DNA of 44,443 bases, from sequence record NC_073073.1, one strand, 5' to 3'. The notes below the pieces were generated by a model. It had not been told where the DNA came from. It made no database searches and saw only the letters and a program-made list of their open reading frames with translations. Positions 26,590 through 35,480 of the stretch are shown here, piece after piece (position 1 is the stretch's first letter; each line of letters begins with the position of its first letter). Both the position numbers and the translations under genes were made by a program. Origin of the DNA: Escherichia phage mckay.

Positions 26590-27182
26590 TATTTCACCTT
26601 CGAATTGATTTCTGCCGCTACGACGCGAACAATCCCCGCGGGCGCTTGTTTACTCCAGCCATACTCAAGTCGCTGCGCGTATGGCACGTTGTTAGTAAAC
26701 CAGATCGACCCGTATTCACTGGAATCGTAATGTGCCAGCACTTCACGCCCAGCGGCTAATGTTGCCGTTCCGGCCTTGTCAACGCGGTCAATAGCGCCAA
26801 CAGCCGGGCGGTCGAACGTCACCTGCCAGTTTCCCCGGAAGCGTCCGCCGGTGTAATTCTTCGCGGCCCAGCCACGCTGGCGGAACGTGACGTTGCCGTT
26901 TTTAGTTTTGAATGAGATAAGCACACTGGCGTGCTTCTTCTGCCCGCGCTTCAGTTTGCCGCCATTCTTGCGGCGCTGTGCAGCGTTCACCTTGTTTGCG
27001 TGCTGGCGGGCCATCGCATAAGCCCGGTTAATCTTCCACCGCTTCGGGTCGCCCACCGGCGAGAACTCAATAAGGCGTCCGAGTATTTGCATCCCGTACG
27101 CCCGCACCGCCTTATCGTTGTTCTCCTTCGTCTTATCCACCCACGTAGCAATAGTGGCGGCGAATGAGTAGACTTCAGCCAC
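26589..27182 (-). CDS. Head-tail joining protein (HK97 gp10-like), putative, GTG start
   Basis: 197 aa; GGRFRGNWQVTF recalls the gp10-family motif; GTG start with GAGGGG RBS. Confidence 0.5.
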   Translation of the reverse strand: MAEVYSFAATIATWVDKTKENNDKAVRAYGMQILGRLIEFSPVGDPKRWKINRAYAMARQHANKVNAAQRRKNGGKLKRGQKKHASVLISFKTKNGNVTFRQRGWAAKNYTGGRFRGNWQVTFDRPAVGAIDRVDKAGTATLAAGREVLAHYDSSEYGSIWFTNNVPYAQRLEYGWSKQAPAGIVRVVAAEINSKVK

Positions 27183-27183
27183 G

Positions 27184-27537
27184 TTAGCCCCTCAGCTGTA
27201 GTTGAAACAGCATGGTAGTGCCCGCCGGTTGCAGTGGGTTAGGGTTAACGACCCGGTAGTCAGTGCCGTCCAGGTTAACCAGGTCGCCCACCCGCAATTG
27301 CTCAACCGCCCGACATAAAAACTTCACATCACCGGCAACGATCCGCGTTCCGTCGATCTCGCTAGGCTTGTACTCCTCGCGAAGACCGATGACGTCAAAC
27401 GACGTTGGCGGGATTACCACTTCGTCGCCGTCTACACGGTCGACCGATCCCGGACGCGTAACCTTAACGGTCATGCCGAATTTTTTAATCAGCGGATTCA
27501 CTTTCCGCTTTAATCCTGCGTAATTAAAGCCCGCCAT
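27184..27537 (-). CDS. Hypothetical head-tail region protein (117 aa)
   Basis: Start taken at ATG 27537 (MAGFNYAGLKRK); in the ORF-track start the preceding 26 codons overlap the small ORF upstream. Confidence 0.45.
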   Translation of the reverse strand: MAGFNYAGLKRKVNPLIKKFGMTVKVTRPGSVDRVDGDEVVIPPTSFDVIGLREEYKPSEIDGTRIVAGDVKFLCRAVEQLRVGDLVNLDGTDYRVVNPNPLQPAGTTMLFQLQLRG

Positions 27538-27643
27538 CTTCTTCACTCTCCTGTGCCGGTGGTACTGGTTCTGGCTCCGGTTCTTGTTCCGGCGGCTGTT
27601 TAGTATTTGCAGCAATAATAGCCGCGAGTAATGCTGGATTCAT
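27524..27643 (-). CDS. Small Pro/Glu-rich ORF (39 aa), uncertain
   Basis: Hand-translated MNPALLAAIIAANTKQPPEQEPEPEPVPPAQESEEDGGL; AGGGGG RBS 5 nt upstream; stop overlaps the next start. Confidence 0.3.
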   Translation of the reverse strand: MNPALLAAIIAANTKQPPEQEPEPEPVPPAQESEEDGGL

Positions 27644-27644
27644 A

Positions 27645-28145
27645 TTACCCCCTGAATACGTCGAAATTGCCTGCGGCGTTGCCGCCAGAATCAACCCAGT
27701 GGCCTAACAAGCCACCCCACCACGGGAACGATACCCCGCTACCAATCGACGCCGGGTCATACTCCATCGTGATCGGGCCAACAGTTTCGCGGATAGTCTC
27801 CTTACCGCTGCCCACAGGAGAAATATCGACCTCGTCCGCCACCAACATCGCCAACCTGTAAACGGCTTGCTCAACGGCAACGGGGATTGATGCGAAGTCT
27901 ACGATTTGCCCCGCAGGCACTACTGCCAAAACTTCAGTGAGCGTGTCGCGCACCGGCTTACCGTCAGATGGGTAATTGATGCGGGGCCATGCGTCGATGC
28001 CTGTCTGGTCCGCTGGTTCTCCGATCCAGTTGATGCCGTTAAGGAAGTCATTAACGACGGTAAGGTGTCGCGTTGCATCGATCAGCGTGACTTCAACGCC
28101 TCGCGCGGCGGCATAATCAATAAAGGTTTGTGGGTCGCCATACAT
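27645..28145 (-). CDS. Head-tail adaptor / head completion protein, putative
   Basis: Start taken at ATG 28145 (MYGDPQTF, AGGAG RBS 8 nt upstream) rather than the ORF-track GTG at 28154; first gene after the capsid terminator. Confidence 0.45.
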   Translation of the reverse strand: MYGDPQTFIDYAAARGVEVTLIDATRHLTVVNDFLNGINWIGEPADQTGIDAWPRINYPSDGKPVRDTLTEVLAVVPAGQIVDFASIPVAVEQAVYRLAMLVADEVDISPVGSGKETIRETVGPITMEYDPASIGSGVSFPWWGGLLGHWVDSGGNAAGNFDVFRG

Positions 28146-28160
28146 TTCATTCACTCCTAT

Positions 28161-28184
28161 AAAAAAGGCGGGAATAAGCCCGCC
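28161..28184 (-). terminator. Rho-independent terminator/attenuator after the major capsid gene
   Basis: On the - strand GGCGGGCTTATTCCCGCC hairpin followed by TTTTTT. Confidence 0.6.
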
Positions 28185-28203
28185 CCTTTGGGATGTGCGC
28201 CTG

Positions 28204-29313
28204 TTAGGACGCTGTGGTCGCAGTCAGCGTAACCAGTACGCCCGCCGTTTCCTTGATGTGACGGGTCGGCACTGCCTGTGCGGCCTGTGCGGCCTGGGTC
28301 TTACGACGGCCTTTAGTATCGCCATCACCAACAGCGCCAACGTCCTGCACGGTTGCCGGTGCGTTGTCTACCTGGCCCTGGTCCAGTTCCCAGTTAGCGG
28401 AAGTGGTAATATCGTCCAGTTTGAACGAGCGAACACCTTCGATCGGAGTACGAGCGGACGCCTTCAGACGATAGCCTTTAACAGCCACGTTGAAGTCGAA
28501 CTCGCCCTGCCACCAGCGCTCAATGTTCTCGTTACCGCCTTTTTCTTGCGCCAGCATATCAAGGCCGTTGGTGGTAACTGCAACCGCGCCAGGGACCAGA
28601 CCCAGCATTTTACCAGCGCCCATTGCATCGGCAGCGGCATCGGAGATGATGAAACGGCGGCCCAGGCCATCGCCCATTACTTGCAGATCTCCGATCGCGA
28701 ATACCTGCTCGGCAGATGGAAGCGCCTGGTACGCAATGAAGTTTGCCCAGGTAACGCCGTCCATAAACCAGGATTTAATCAAAGACGCCTGGTCGCCGAA
28801 CTTGGAAGCCGCCAGCGGGAAGTCAGCCAGGGTCGGGAAGGTACGACCGCCAACGCCGTCAACGCGCGCCGGTTGGGTGTAGTTTGCCGCTGCGTTGCTT
28901 TCGATAGCCGCTTTACCCGCGCCGATACCAGCTTTCAGATAGTGCAGCATAATCGCTTGAGTTGCCTGTGCCGCAATCTCAGCCGCAACGCTGTTAACGT
29001 TGGTTTCGATTTTAGCCATCATGGCCTTCGTGATCGCAACCGGACCCACTTTAGCGGAAAGGTTTACCGAGTTGGTCAGCATACGCGCCAGCACTTTTGC
29101 GGTCGCCGGAGTACCGACAGGGGCGTAGGCGTTACGGTCGGTAACGAGGTTGGCGATCAAGCCTACGGACATTTTCTCAACAACATCCTTCAGCACTTCA
29201 CCAGTACCGAGAACAACAGCGCCATTTGCGGCAGCGTTGAAAACATTCAGGTTGTCGGGGATCATTTGCGTAACCGCGGTAACGAGTTTACGCTGGAACA
29301 CTGTTAAAGACAT
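28204..29313 (-). CDS. Major capsid protein, putative
   Basis: 369 aa; position after the scaffold gene and before a strong terminator; A/G/V-rich composition typical of capsid proteins. Confidence 0.65.
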   Translation of the reverse strand: MSLTVFQRKLVTAVTQMIPDNLNVFNAAANGAVVLGTGEVLKDVVEKMSVGLIANLVTDRNAYAPVGTPATAKVLARMLTNSVNLSAKVGPVAITKAMMAKIETNVNSVAAEIAAQATQAIMLHYLKAGIGAGKAAIESNAAANYTQPARVDGVGGRTFPTLADFPLAASKFGDQASLIKSWFMDGVTWANFIAYQALPSAEQVFAIGDLQVMGDGLGRRFIISDAAADAMGAGKMLGLVPGAVAVTTNGLDMLAQEKGGNENIERWWQGEFDFNVAVKGYRLKASARTPIEGVRSFKLDDITTSANWELDQGQVDNAPATVQDVGAVGDGDTKGRRKTQAAQAAQAVPTRHIKETAGVLVTLTATTAS

Positions 29314-29376
29314 ATCGAAATCCTTTGAGTTGTGAGCATTCGCCCAGTGACGTTAATGTTACCTTAGATTTACGCG

Positions 29377-29396
29377 CTCGCAAAATTGCCCGCTTT
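29377..29396 (-). other. GC-rich hairpin between scaffold and capsid genes
   Basis: TTGCCCGC-gaaa-GCGGGCAA perfect stem followed by TTTTG on the - strand; possible attenuator or mRNA processing/stability element. Confidence 0.3.
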
Positions 29397-29410
29397 CGCG
29401 GGCAATCTGC

Positions 29411-30115
29411 TTACTCGTCGTCGCCCATCTTAGCGATGATTTCACCTGCCTGTTTCGTAAGGTCAGTGATACCGAAGCTGTGGCCCATCGTGATTTTCGA
29501 CTTCACATCTTCGACAACCTGCGTCGGTTTGCTAGGCGCGCCACCCGCTGGCGTGCCAGCCAGGACGGATGCAAAATCGGCGTTATTACGGAACTCTTTT
29601 TCAAGCTCTTCCATAGTCAGCGCGGACGGTTTGCCATCCTGCAAGACACGCACTTTCAAGCTGCCGTCTTCGCCGTCTTCCAGCGTGAGGCGGTCCATTA
29701 CGTGGCGTTGCATGATGCCCGCATTCTTACCGAACAGCTTCGACGCCAGGTCTTTGGCAGCGCTGCCGATAGTAAGGTCGTGGATCTGCTTGCGGTAGGC
29801 TTCGATTTTCCCCGATGTGTCTGCTTCGTGTTTTGCAAACTTATCCTTCCAGGATTTATCGATCGCTTCGAGGTCGCCATTTTTGCGCGCAGCGGCTTCC
29901 TCTTTCTCTTTCGCAAGTCGCTCGGCTTCGGCGCGGCGTTCAGCTTCTGCTTTCTTCTCGCTCACCAGCTTCGCGTTGTTGTCTTTCAGACCCTTGATTT
30001 CCGCCTGTACTTCTTCTGCGGTCATGAAAGTTGATTTATACCCGTCGCCATCGGCAACAAAAAGCGCCTTCATACCTTCCGGCAACGCGTTATATTCTGC
30101 TTTAGTAAGTTTCAT
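29411..30115 (-). CDS. Head scaffolding protein, putative
   Basis: Start taken at ATG 30115 (MKLTKAEYNALPEG); acidic, coiled-coil-rich (AEAERRAEAERLAKEKEEAAARK); sits immediately upstream of the capsid gene. Confidence 0.6.
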   Translation of the reverse strand: MKLTKAEYNALPEGMKALFVADGDGYKSTFMTAEEVQAEIKGLKDNNAKLVSEKKAEAERRAEAERLAKEKEEAAARKNGDLEAIDKSWKDKFAKHEADTSGKIEAYRKQIHDLTIGSAAKDLASKLFGKNAGIMQRHVMDRLTLEDGEDGSLKVRVLQDGKPSALTMEELEKEFRNNADFASVLAGTPAGGAPSKPTQVVEDVKSKITMGHSFGITDLTKQAGEIIAKMGDDE

Positions 30116-30205
30116 GCTATCCCCCTGGGATTGTGGCAGAGCAGGCCACCCGCTCGACTTCACGCTTCTAATATTATCAGCGATAAAAATAATCGCAAAA
30201 TTCGC

Positions 30206-30250
30206 TTGCAATCCGCGTATTGGTTGCACTATATTGGTTGCACACCAACA
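30206..30250 (+). promoter_or_regulatory. Promoter-like element with tandem TTGGTTGCA (TTGCAA-18-TATATT) upstream of the + strand moron
   Basis: TTGGTTGCA at 30220-30228 and 30234-30242; the 22-mer ctatattggttgcacaccaaca (30229-30250) recurs in reverse complement at 40765-40786 upstream of a - strand gene. Confidence 0.45.
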
Positions 30251-30264
30251 ACTAGGACACACAA

Positions 30265-31029
30265 ATGAGACTGACGAAAGACATTAAAAACCAGATTCTG
30301 GCTAACATCCTGCGCGACCATGAAATCGCGACCGAAGCCAAATCCATCATGATGGACTCTCGCAACCTTGCGTACGCCATTACGCTGGACTGTATGCCGG
30401 AAGGCATTCGCACTTTCGCCGAGCTACTCGCGCGCATTAAATCAATCGGCGATGACCCGTCGCAGATGTACGGAGTACGCGTATACACCAACAAGGCGAC
30501 GTATAGTTATAACGCTGACCGCCCGTATGGTATCGGCCACGTTTATGACGCCACTTTCGAAATCAACGCCGGCGGAAACGTCCGTACCGTGTCATTGAGC
30601 GGAGACGGACACCGATTCCGAGTACATCGCGGATACTGGGAATATAAATACATGAATAAGCTGTCTCCCGATCTCGGCGATATTGTGCCAGGGTATGAGG
30701 AAATTTTGTTAGCGTCAGTGTGCGAAGTGGACGAGGATGGGAAAGCGCTGCCGATCTATAAGCCGCGCTGTCGTGCAGATTTCCCGGCAGATCATGACTT
30801 CTGCAAGCGCCTGGACCGTAACGACAAGGCCCGCCGCGAGTTGCGTGCTAAGTATGACGCGTTCAAACTAACTGTTACCGGCGTGCTGGATATGCACAAT
30901 ACCGATAAGAAGCTGATCAAGGCGTGGCCTGAAGTTGAACAGTTTATTCCATACCCGGATAAGCCGAAGTCCACGGCGGTGGCGCTGGACGTGAAGACGT
31001 TAAACGAAATCTGCGGTATTCCGCGTTAA
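30265..31029 (+). CDS. Hypothetical protein (254 aa); opposite-strand moron inside the head module
   Basis: Complete ORF with AGGA RBS, own promoter-like element upstream and a hairpin terminator downstream, transcribed against the late operon; no motif I can name. Confidence 0.6.
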   Translation: MRLTKDIKNQILANILRDHEIATEAKSIMMDSRNLAYAITLDCMPEGIRTFAELLARIKSIGDDPSQMYGVRVYTNKATYSYNADRPYGIGHVYDATFEINAGGNVRTVSLSGDGHRFRVHRGYWEYKYMNKLSPDLGDIVPGYEEILLASVCEVDEDGKALPIYKPRCRADFPADHDFCKRLDRNDKARRELRAKYDAFKLTVTGVLDMHNTDKKLIKAWPEVEQFIPYPDKPKSTAVALDVKTLNEICGIPR

Positions 31030-31034
31030 CAAAA

Positions 31035-31060
31035 GGGGGCCATTATGGCCCCCGAATTAT
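31035..31060. terminator. Bidirectional terminator hairpin
   Basis: GGGGGCC-atta-TGGCCCCC with T-rich tracts on both sides (TTTTGTT on the - strand, GAATTATTTT on the + strand). Confidence 0.55.
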
Positions 31061-31273
31061 TTTCTGCAACTCCAGCACTTGCGCCCTTAGCTTCGCGCCG
31101 CATTCCATATTTTTCACGTCAATCATCAAATCTTCGTCGGGATCCGCGGACGGGTTATCGAACTTGCACGGCGGTCGCAGTGCCGACTCCGTTAGCGGCA
31201 TCAACGGCACGTTGCTTGATCCGCACGCGCTCAGCATCAAAACTACAATCAGGGCGGTTAGGGCGCGTAACAT
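31043..31273 (-). CDS. Outer-membrane spanin (Rz1-like lipoprotein), putative
   Basis: Start taken at ATG 31273: MLRALTALIVVLMLSAC has signal peptide plus lipobox LSAC; short Pro-containing mature part; lies in a second frame overlapping the 3' half of the i-spanin gene. Confidence 0.55.
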   Translation of the reverse strand: MLRALTALIVVLMLSACGSSNVPLMPLTESALRPPCKFDNPSADPDEDLMIDVKNMECGAKLRAQVLELQKIIRGP

Positions 31274-31484
31274 ATTTAACAACCTCTTTCGTGATAGTCC
31301 GGTATTCTACGTCGCGGGCTTGTTCGGCCTGCACGGAGCGCTCAATAACTTTAGTTTGCTGCCGTTGGGCTTCTGCTTGCGCTTCTTGCGCTGCTCTCGC
31401 CTCAACGCCAGCGCGGTAGGAATCACCCAGCCAGAAGCCAACCGCCAGGCCGATAACCAGCCCAATCGCTGCATATTTAATCAC
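31155..31484 (-). CDS. Inner-membrane spanin (Rz-like), putative
   Basis: Start taken at GTG 31484 (GGGGGC RBS); N-terminal transmembrane helix IKYAAIGLVIGLAVGFWLG, then coiled-coil (RAAQEAQAEAQRQQ) and a C-terminal Cys; overlaps the o-spanin gene. Confidence 0.5.
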   Translation of the reverse strand: MIKYAAIGLVIGLAVGFWLGDSYRAGVEARAAQEAQAEAQRQQTKVIERSVQAEQARDVEYRTITKEVVKYVTRPNRPDCSFDAERVRIKQRAVDAANGVGTATAVQVR

Positions 31485-32580
31485 GCCATAGCCCCCGGTT
31501 TTTAAGCTGTGCAATAGTCATCAGTTCGCCGGAATCGGTGAACATCTTTGGCACTTTCACACCGCGCATAATCTGGTCGGCGCGTTGCACCCCGTATAAT
31601 TCTTCCAGGATATGGCGCGGCTGGCGCTGCACCCAGGAGAAGAAATCAGTCTGCGCGTCGACCTGCTCACTCAGCAACCGACCCGCGTCAGCCTTCAGTG
31701 CCGGACGCTTACCACTGGGCCAGTCTTCCATGCCCTTAACTTTCCACGTCTCCGTCGAACGGCAGCAATAATGCAGCTTGCCCGGACCAGCGCCATATTG
31801 TGATCCCGCCACCACTTTCCCGCCGCGTTTTCCTTTGGTGTCGGGAGTGACGTCAACAGGATAAAACAGGCGATCGCGTAGCTGGCACATAGGGGAAGTA
31901 TGAGTGTCCAATGTGGCCAACCATTGGCGACCTTCGAGAATATCGTCATTAGCTTTCACCATTAATTCGCGGGCGGTCGCCGCATAGTGGTTGACAGCGG
32001 ACTTAACAACGCTTGAGATTGCTTGCGCACTACGACCGCCGAGCGCGCGCCTCACGTCCGCGATAATTTCCATAGTCGGCTTGCCCTGGATGAATCCGGC
32101 GCGCACCTGATTGCCGATCTGCGTCCTTGTCCACTCTGAAAGTGAATCCGGCCATTGCATCATGGTGTTACCCTGGAACGGGTTTTTCATCGCAGTCGCT
32201 GCGATCTGCGCGCCTGTTACTACACCCACCACCTCGACCGCAGGTACGGCGACCACCGGCTGGATCACTGCCGTTAATGTGTCGGCGAGATAATCGGCCT
32301 CGATGTCGGCAAACTCCTGAAGGCTTTCAGCCAGCGCCTTAAACTCGGTGCGCAGTTCTGTTTTAACGGTCTTGTCGAGTTGCGTTAACAGTGTGGTAAG
32401 TGCCTTGTTGCTCATGGACTTTTTGCCATCAAGTAACTCGGTCAGCTTACCAAGTAAAGTGGGCCGGAACTTCTCCCACATAGCCAGCACCCTCCGCGCC
32501 TGATCATTGCTCAGGCGCTGGGTGAAGATGTGACGGCGAATCATTCGATCCGCCAAATGTTGATTAATTGTCTTCGCCAT
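31477..32580 (-). CDS. Head morphogenesis protein (Mu F / SPP1 gp7-like minor head protein)
   Basis: 367 aa; ATLDTHTSPMCQ...DG is the characteristic Mu F-like motif; follows the portal gene. Confidence 0.75.
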   Translation of the reverse strand: MAKTINQHLADRMIRRHIFTQRLSNDQARRVLAMWEKFRPTLLGKLTELLDGKKSMSNKALTTLLTQLDKTVKTELRTEFKALAESLQEFADIEADYLADTLTAVIQPVVAVPAVEVVGVVTGAQIAATAMKNPFQGNTMMQWPDSLSEWTRTQIGNQVRAGFIQGKPTMEIIADVRRALGGRSAQAISSVVKSAVNHYAATARELMVKANDDILEGRQWLATLDTHTSPMCQLRDRLFYPVDVTPDTKGKRGGKVVAGSQYGAGPGKLHYCCRSTETWKVKGMEDWPSGKRPALKADAGRLLSEQVDAQTDFFSWVQRQPRHILEELYGVQRADQIMRGVKVPKMFTDSGELMTIAQLKNRGLWRD

Positions 32581-34084
32581 TGTCCGCTACCTTGTCCGGG
32601 TCTTCTTTGGTAGATTCTACCGCATCAGGGGACATTTGAGGCAATGGATTCTGATTTCGCAATTCGTCTTCAACCTGCTCGACGGTTTGCGAGTCGTCGA
32701 TGACGCCCTGCGCCATCATCCACTTGATGAAGTCAGCCAGGCGGACCGTGCCAGTCTGCACCCCCGACATCATAGCGGTCATAAGCTGCGCATCAACCGT
32801 GATCTCGGTGTAGAACTTATTCAGCGTCACACGCTGGTCGGCGGTGTCTCCCGTGAATAGCTGGACGATTTGCAACGCGCGGTTGAAAGCCTTCTCAACG
32901 TTACCGGCAATAAGCGACAGGATACTGTTATCAGTCTGCGCATCGTAGGCCGCCTCGGTTGCCGTCTTAGGTGCGGTCCCCTTCTCTACTAGGGCCGCGC
33001 CAAGTTTAGCCATTTGCAGTTCGCGACGCTCACACAGTGCAACCGACAAGTTGCGCTCCTCGGCCTGAATCAGTTTAGCGTCCATGTTCTGGCCCAAGAT
33101 AACGCCCTTAGTCGCACCGAGAGCAATGCCGCCCTTCAGGTTCTTGTCAGCCCATGATTGAGTCAAGCCAGTTGCCACTAGGGTAGGCTGACCCACGATG
33201 TGCGCAATCTCGGCGACGTCCGCTTCGGCGTTGTAGTGCTTAATGTTGATGGATGCGATATCCGCCAGCGGAGCGGCGTCAGGCGTTGCGTTGTTGTCCA
33301 CCGCGCCACACCAGCAAAACGGAAGCTGTGTCAGCGCCTTACCGGCAGCATCCACCAGCGGCACAAGGTCGGTGCGGGTAAATCCACGCGGCAAGTCCAT
33401 TTGCACCTCGGATGTGTCCGCGTTATAAAACCAGCGGCGGGCGTGTGCCGCACCGTTAATCATGCGAAGCTCGGTCCAAATGGTTACTTCGTGGTTTGCG
33501 AAGTCGTCCGGGTCTTCGGTGCTGATTTCGTCCGTTTCCTTCAGCACGATTAGCGTGTCAACACCGTGGGTCTGCCGCCAGTTGATGATCTGTTCTGCCG
33601 TATACAGGCGGATAAGCGGGCGGTGTGTAGCCATCTCGGCGGCGGTCTGTGGCACTACGTTACCCAGTTCGTCAAAGTTAGCCTGGCGGTCGTAGTCCAC
33701 CATAAAGCCCGCACGGCCTGATTGCAGAACTTCAGACATAGCACCGCGCAGGAGTTGCGGCAGCGGCATGCCACTGCCGTCTACATCGTCAATCAGGTCA
33801 GCCATCGCCCCGGAAAGGTCCAGACTTACCGGTTTAGCAAAGGCAACGCCTAACAGCGCGTTAAGTGTGCGGGCGGTGGCGTTCAGGAATACAGCGCGTT
33901 GCTTATACGCCTTATATCGCGCCCGTGCTTTCGGGTCAGTATTGTCGCCACTGGCAGGATGAGGCAGGTACAAAGGGCCGCACGCCTTCACGGCGCGCTC
34001 CCCTGCTACACAATCGCGGATCATCTTCCACTCTGGCGCGATGCGCGCATAGAGCGGGTGCTGGTTGTCAACGTTAACGGTCAT
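32564..34084 (-). CDS. Portal protein
   Basis: 506 aa; immediately downstream of TerL in transcription order; N-terminal YARIAPEWKMIRDCVAGERAVK...YLP resembles DUF4055-type portals. Confidence 0.75.
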   Translation of the reverse strand: MTVNVDNQHPLYARIAPEWKMIRDCVAGERAVKACGPLYLPHPASGDNTDPKARARYKAYKQRAVFLNATARTLNALLGVAFAKPVSLDLSGAMADLIDDVDGSGMPLPQLLRGAMSEVLQSGRAGFMVDYDRQANFDELGNVVPQTAAEMATHRPLIRLYTAEQIINWRQTHGVDTLIVLKETDEISTEDPDDFANHEVTIWTELRMINGAAHARRWFYNADTSEVQMDLPRGFTRTDLVPLVDAAGKALTQLPFCWCGAVDNNATPDAAPLADIASINIKHYNAEADVAEIAHIVGQPTLVATGLTQSWADKNLKGGIALGATKGVILGQNMDAKLIQAEERNLSVALCERRELQMAKLGAALVEKGTAPKTATEAAYDAQTDNSILSLIAGNVEKAFNRALQIVQLFTGDTADQRVTLNKFYTEITVDAQLMTAMMSGVQTGTVRLADFIKWMMAQGVIDDSQTVEQVEDELRNQNPLPQMSPDAVESTKEDPDKVADNGEDN

Positions 34085-34094
34085 GGTCGTTTCC

Positions 34095-35480
34095 TTAGTA
34101 GAAGTCTACAGTTGGAACAACGGCGATTGGGCGAATCACTGGGAACAGGTGCGCAATTGGATAGCCCGCGGCATCGTTCATGTGGTCCACACCGGCGGTT
34201 TTATCCGGCTCGCCTTTCTTCAGGTCGTAAACCTGCTGTTCCAGACATTTCGCTAGTGTAGGGCATTTATCCAGGTTGACAAAATACTGGCGCACACCCT
34301 TCGAGTTGCACATCATCGTATTCATCGCGATCAATCGGTCTTTCACAGGTGGGTTAACGCTGTCGTATTCCACCTCGAAGCCCGCGTCTTCCAGTTGCGC
34401 AATATCGGACGACGATGCGTTAACAGTCTTACGAGACTTGCCACTGCTATCCGGGTAAACGACGACCCGACCGGCAGCACAATGATCGGGGTAGCGCTCC
34501 TCGATCGCCTCAATCATAGCCGGGGTGTCGAACAGGTCTACGAATTCATCCACTGCGTGAATCTCGTCGCGGAACTCCTTGTTTTCGGTGATGCGCTGCC
34601 GTCTGACGTACACGACCGCCGCCATCTTCGTGACGTTAAAGTCCATACCGATAATCAGCGTGTCGTCCGGTTGCACTTCTTCGGTGCTGGCGTTCTCCTC
34701 GCGGTTGAACATCTTGTACACCGCGCCCGACGTAAGGTTAACAAACAGGCCGTTCAGGTACGCATCAATCAGGTTAGCCGGGTACTGACTGCGCAGCGTG
34801 TCGATAAAGTCCGCCGGTAAATGGTGGTTGTCCGTGGTCTTCGCCCGGATCAAGCGTTTCTGGTTGTCTTTCTCCACCTCGAAAATTTGGTACATCGCCC
34901 GGTAGCCTTCAGGCGTTGACACGATGACAAACTGGCGGACGAAGCCAGCACGCAGACGACCGAGCAATTTGTGATATGCCGCCAGCGCGACGTCTTGCTT
35001 AGTAGTGTCGAATTCATCGGCAACAATCCACGCGGCGTTGACCCCGATCAGGCGGGTATAATTCTCCATTGATTCACAGATAACGCGGGTCCATTTGCCT
35101 TTCACCAGCACGTTATAGATCTTGTCCTGCTTATTGAACTTCCACCGGAATCCAGCCTCATCAAACGCCTTTTCCAATTCCGGGTACATGATTTTGACCA
35201 GGAGTGGAATAGTCGGTTCGGTCACAATGCCGTCATAACCAGGGTTAAGTGTCAGAAGCTGGATTACCTTACGGGCTGCGACCCACGACTTTCCACCACC
35301 GAAGCCGGAACACAGGCCGAGGATTTTAGTCTTCGTGTCACGCAGTAGTTCGACCTGGTGAGGAAGGCAATCAGGTTGGTAAAGGCGGACGGCCTGCGCA
35401 ACGCGTGTCGGTCGCGGCGGTCGGTTTCGCTTTGCGATCGCGCGTTCAAGGGCGCGATGTTCTGCCGCATAGTTACGCAT
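34095..35480 (-). CDS. Terminase large subunit
   Basis: 461 aa; Walker A GLCSGFGGGKS, Walker B-like VADEFD, C-terminal nuclease-like region; start overlaps the TerS stop. Confidence 0.9.
   Translation of the reverse strand: MRNYAAEHRALERAIAKRNRPPRPTRVAQAVRLYQPDCLPHQVELLRDTKTKILGLCSGFGGGKSWVAARKVIQLLTLNPGYDGIVTEPTIPLLVKIMYPELEKAFDEAGFRWKFNKQDKIYNVLVKGKWTRVICESMENYTRLIGVNAAWIVADEFDTTKQDVALAAYHKLLGRLRAGFVRQFVIVSTPEGYRAMYQIFEVEKDNQKRLIRAKTTDNHHLPADFIDTLRSQYPANLIDAYLNGLFVNLTSGAVYKMFNREENASTEEVQPDDTLIIGMDFNVTKMAAVVYVRRQRITENKEFRDEIHAVDEFVDLFDTPAMIEAIEERYPDHCAAGRVVVYPDSSGKSRKTVNASSSDIAQLEDAGFEVEYDSVNPPVKDRLIAMNTMMCNSKGVRQYFVNLDKCPTLAKCLEQQVYDLKKGEPDKTAGVDHMNDAAGYPIAHLFPVIRPIAVVPTVDFY

Noticed and set aside
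28195-29307. 370-aa ORF on the + strand antisense to the major capsid gene
   Set aside because: Mirror-frame ORF inside a gene with strong positional support; translation is low complexity with no RBS.
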